From Marinoscillum sp. (GTDB lineage: Bacteria > Bacteroidota > Bacteroidia > Cytophagales > MED-G16), in the NCBI GenBank assembly GCA_038134805.1, contig JAYPVV010000005.1, forward strand, positions 10,752 to 74,751: a stretch of DNA of 64,000 nt. The letters run 5' to 3'. The position numbers and the translations under genes were made by a program. Below, one piece after another: positions 61,278 to 64,000 of this stretch (within the stretch, counting starts at the first letter, position 1; each line of letters begins with the position of its first letter). The notes under the pieces are model-generated. The model was not told where the DNA came from. It saw only the letters and a program-made list of their open reading frames with translations, and ran no database searches.

Positions 61278-61851
61278 TCCACTGTAATGTGTTTAGTAAA
61301 TGCAGCATATCTCTTTTAATATAATCAACAACAGGGATTAAAGAGTCATTAGTTATTGTTTTTTCAAAATACAAAGCAGTTCTAATAAAGTTTTTACTTG
61401 AGTCTGAAACAATGAATTGAAACGGAGAAGCAACCTCACCCTTTATGTCAATAAGTTTTGCTTTTATCCCGTTTAATGTGATAATATCTGTTTCAACTAT
61501 GGACGTTGCTTTCTTTTGGTGTTGGTTAATTAATTTAAAAGACTCTCCAAGAAGTTGACTAAAGTGATCAGCAGAAGTTATTCTTTTATATGTTATTAGA
61601 ACTTCAGCAGAATTATTAAAGTAACTTAAGTTTATCCAACCAAGCTCTTTATTTATTGATGTTTTTGAAACAAGGTTTCTTTCGAAAGAAAACATGCCAT
61701 TTGTTTGTTCTGCCATATATTTTGTTTCGGGTAGATAAATTTTATTAAACCCTCTTGGTTTAGGTTGGTAAGGTTGGCTTTGAGCACATCCCCAAAATAT
61801 AATAACTATGAGCTTAAGATTTTTTGTTATTTTTTTTATAAACCCTAACAC
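61270..61851 (-). CDS. gldD: Gliding motility lipoprotein GldD
   Basis: Lipobox FWGC, PKPRG, G.VASP.QF..SDS..F.R.ALYF, NDSL.P; directly downstream of gldE. Confidence 0.85.
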   Translation of the reverse strand: MLGFIKKITKNLKLIVIIFWGCAQSQPYQPKPRGFNKIYLPETKYMAEQTNGMFSFERNLVSKTSINKELGWINLSYFNNSAEVLITYKRITSADHFSQLLGESFKLINQHQKKATSIVETDIITLNGIKAKLIDIKGEVASPFQFIVSDSSKNFIRTALYFEKTITNDSLIPVVDYIKRDMLHLLNTLQWNE

Positions 61852-63106
61852 GTTTAATTCTTTTGTTGCCTACAGACAATATTGTAAAAATAAAATTACC
61901 AAATTTTATTTTATCTCCTTTGTTTGGAATTTTAGAGTTGATCTCTAAAAGAAGGCCCCCAAGGGACTCGCTTTCGCCTTTTACTTTGTTAAAATATTGT
62001 TTTTCAACACCACTTTGTTTACAAAAATCATTTAAGGATATTTTTCCCTCAAACAAGAATGTGTTAGAATCAATTTTTTTAAACATAAAATCTTCTTCAA
62101 CATCAAATTCATCTCGAATATCTCCAAGAATTTCTTCTATAACATCTTCTAGGGTTACTAACCCAGAAACCCCACCGTATTCATCTATAACCATGGCTAA
62201 ATGAACTCTTTTTTCTTGAAAATCTTTAAATAAAACATCTATGTTTTTTGTTTCCGGAACAAAATAAGCTTGACGAATTTTGTTTTTCCACTCAAAAGAG
62301 GGATTATTTAAATGGGGAATTAAGTCTTTTACATAAAGAACACCCTCAATGTTATCAACAGTTTCTTTATAAACAGGAATTCTTGAATAACCAGAGATGT
62401 TAATCAGTTCACTAATTTCACGCAGGCTGCTTTTTGAATCAATAGAAACCATATCAACCCGAGATCGCATTATTTCTTTTGTTGTAATTGAACCAAAGTT
62501 TATAATTCCTTCAAGTATGTTTTTTTCTTTTTCAGATGTTTCTTCATCAAGCGTTAAGCTCATTGCTTTGTTCAGTTCTTCTTTGCTGCTTTCTAAAAAA
62601 GCTTTTCGTTTGGGGTTGAGAGATTTTGATATTGAAACAAGAAACACCACCAAGGGCCTAAAAATAATATATGAAAACTTTATTAAATGAGAAGCTTTTT
62701 GAACAAATGTGATTTTATTTCTTTCTGCATAAACCTTGGGAATAATCTCTCCAAAAAACACAATAATTAACGTTGTGCAGACGGTTAAGACAAAAAACAC
62801 AAGCGTGGACCTGCCAAAAACCTGCCAAGTAAAATATGCAGAAAAAGTTATAATTGCCACATTAATTAAGTTGTTCAAAATTAAAATCGTAGCTAATAAC
62901 CTCTCTGGCGTTTTTAATAAACCCAACACATAATTTACTGATTTGTTTTTTTTCTTTTTAATGTTATTTGTTTCTGATTGATTAAGAGAAAAAAAAGCAA
63001 CCTCGGACCCAGAAACTAAACCAGAAAGAAGAGTCAAGCCAAATAAAATAACCAAAGGAACAGCGAACACACCGAGTTGGTAGTCTATAAAGGCACTAAA
63101 AAACAA
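61814..63106 (-). CDS. gldE: GldE / CNNM-CBS-CorC hemolysin-family membrane protein
   Basis: SGSEVAFFSL, FGEIIPK, GYSRIPVY, DEYGGVSGLVTLEDVIEEI; ssb-gldE-gldD synteny; true start may be further upstream. Confidence 0.88.
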   Translation of the reverse strand: MFFSAFIDYQLGVFAVPLVILFGLTLLSGLVSGSEVAFFSLNQSETNNIKKKKNKSVNYVLGLLKTPERLLATILILNNLINVAIITFSAYFTWQVFGRSTLVFFVLTVCTTLIIVFFGEIIPKVYAERNKITFVQKASHLIKFSYIIFRPLVVFLVSISKSLNPKRKAFLESSKEELNKAMSLTLDEETSEKEKNILEGIINFGSITTKEIMRSRVDMVSIDSKSSLREISELINISGYSRIPVYKETVDNIEGVLYVKDLIPHLNNPSFEWKNKIRQAYFVPETKNIDVLFKDFQEKRVHLAMVIDEYGGVSGLVTLEDVIEEILGDIRDEFDVEEDFMFKKIDSNTFLFEGKISLNDFCKQSGVEKQYFNKVKGESESLGGLLLEINSKIPNKGDKIKFGNFIFTILSVGNKRIKRVRVYKKNNKKS

Positions 63107-63151
63107 AGTAAAGGGTTCGGGTTCGGTGGGTTCTATTTGTAGTCAAATTAA

Positions 63152-63562
63152 TTAAAATGGCAGATCATCTTCAACAGATGATTCGTTAGGAGAGCTATTA
63201 GCTGTTTGGTCTGGAGAGAACCCCGCCTCAGGAGCTCTTCCTAGTAGAGTTATTTCTCTCCCAACAACCTCAGATATATATTTCTTAACACCCTCTTTGT
63301 CTTCGTAAGAACGATTAGATATTTTTCCTTCTATATAAACTTGGCTTCCTTTCTTCAAGTAATTTTCAGCAATTTCTGCAAGAGGTGACCACAAAACAAC
63401 ATTGTGCCACTCTGTATTGGTAACCTTTTCTCCAGAACGGTTTTTATAAGTTTCGCTAGTTGCTAAAGAAAAATTTGCAACAGCCCTTCCATCATCTAAC
63501 CTTCTTATTTCTGGATCTTTTCCTAGGTTTCCTAATAATATTACTTTGTTTACTCCAGGCAT
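63152..63562 (-). CDS. ssb: Single-stranded DNA-binding protein
   Basis: VNKVILLGNLGKDPE, TEWH, acidic tail DDLPF. Confidence 0.97.
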   Translation of the reverse strand: MPGVNKVILLGNLGKDPEIRRLDDGRAVANFSLATSETYKNRSGEKVTNTEWHNVVLWSPLAEIAENYLKKGSQVYIEGKISNRSYEDKEGVKKYISEVVGREITLLGRAPEAGFSPDQTANSSPNESSVEDDLPF

Positions 63563-63578
63563 AACTTTAAATTACAAA

Positions 63579-64000
63579 TTAAGTGTGGGATTTCAAATAG
63601 TTATCAATAACTTTTGGGACACCCAATGAGTAAATTTTATTTTTAGGAACACTTATCATGTTTAACTTGTCCTTAATTCTTTCAAATTCGCTTTCTTCTT
63701 TTATATTAATTTGAGTAAATACAGATTTAATAAACTGGTGGCTTAATGTGCTATGTAAAACAACACCGCGATTAACACTTCTGGTTAATTTTATGTTTTT
63801 TGTTAATTTATCTCTAGCGATTTTATTCTGAACGCCCTCGATCATATAAAACTCGTAAAGATTAAGCCAAATATCTTTAGAGGTTCTTTTTTTAAGAAGA
63901 ATATTTTCGTTGTTTATAAAAACAAAATAATTAAAAAGTCTTTTTTTTCTAGTTGGATTCTTTTTTTTAACTGGAAACTTTTCTGTTAACCCCTTGTTAA
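63579..64000 (-). CDS. mutY: A/G-specific adenine glycosylase MutY, C-terminal part (5' truncated by window)
   Basis: Frame stays open upstream of the track ORF: FPVKKK..R.FNYF..KR..KDIWLNLYEF, ..LSHQ.I; mutY-ssb-gldE-gldD synteny. Confidence 0.8.
   Translation of the reverse strand, partial: NKGLTEKFPVKKKNPTRKKRLFNYFVFINNENILLKKRTSKDIWLNLYEFYMIEGVQNKIARDKLTKNIKLTRSVNRGVVLHSTLSHQFIKSVFTQINIKEESEFERIKDKLNMISVPKNKIYSLGVPKVIDNYLKSHT

Noticed and set aside
767-62933. Numerous 60-135 aa antisense or alternative-frame ORFs in the track (e.g. 767-1075, 2005-2346, 40949-41356, 48838-49209, 61863-62204)
   Set aside because: Shadows of well-supported genes; no recognisable motifs or independent promoters

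Overview
AT-rich, very tightly packed chromosomal segment of a Bacteroidota bacterium, probably a streamlined marine Cytophagales-type lineage (inferred from gldJ/gldD/gldE, hmuY, TAnnTTTG promoters, no evident Shine-Dalgarno motifs and Gln-starting exported proteins). It holds about 55 genes, mostly core functions: fumC, map, lptB, iscS, glmM, mazG, rluD, pheA, glyA, tatC, rpiB, rbfA, polA, mfd, ybeY, mnmG, fadN/fadA, prfA, yjjX, recG, ssb, mutY. There is also an iron-uptake locus and many exported metallopeptidases/amidohydrolases. I saw no rRNA, tRNA, CRISPR or mobile element. Structure not explained by the ORF track: (1) a likely oriC at about 46.1-46.45 kb (DnaA-box cluster plus (TAA)5 trios) with a parS site at 41751, flanked mostly by genes pointing toward it; (2) three copies of a 23-bp palindromic operator in the iron locus, two of them preceding an orphan structured RNA that resembles a decayed SAM-I riboswitch; (3) two unannotated convergent single-TM microproteins at 34636-34865; (4) a recurring DUF6702 / HupE-UreJ / exported Zn-peptidase association, a candidate metal-loading system; (5) promoter geometry suggesting leaderless mRNAs. 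All family assignments come from motif recognition, not database searches.
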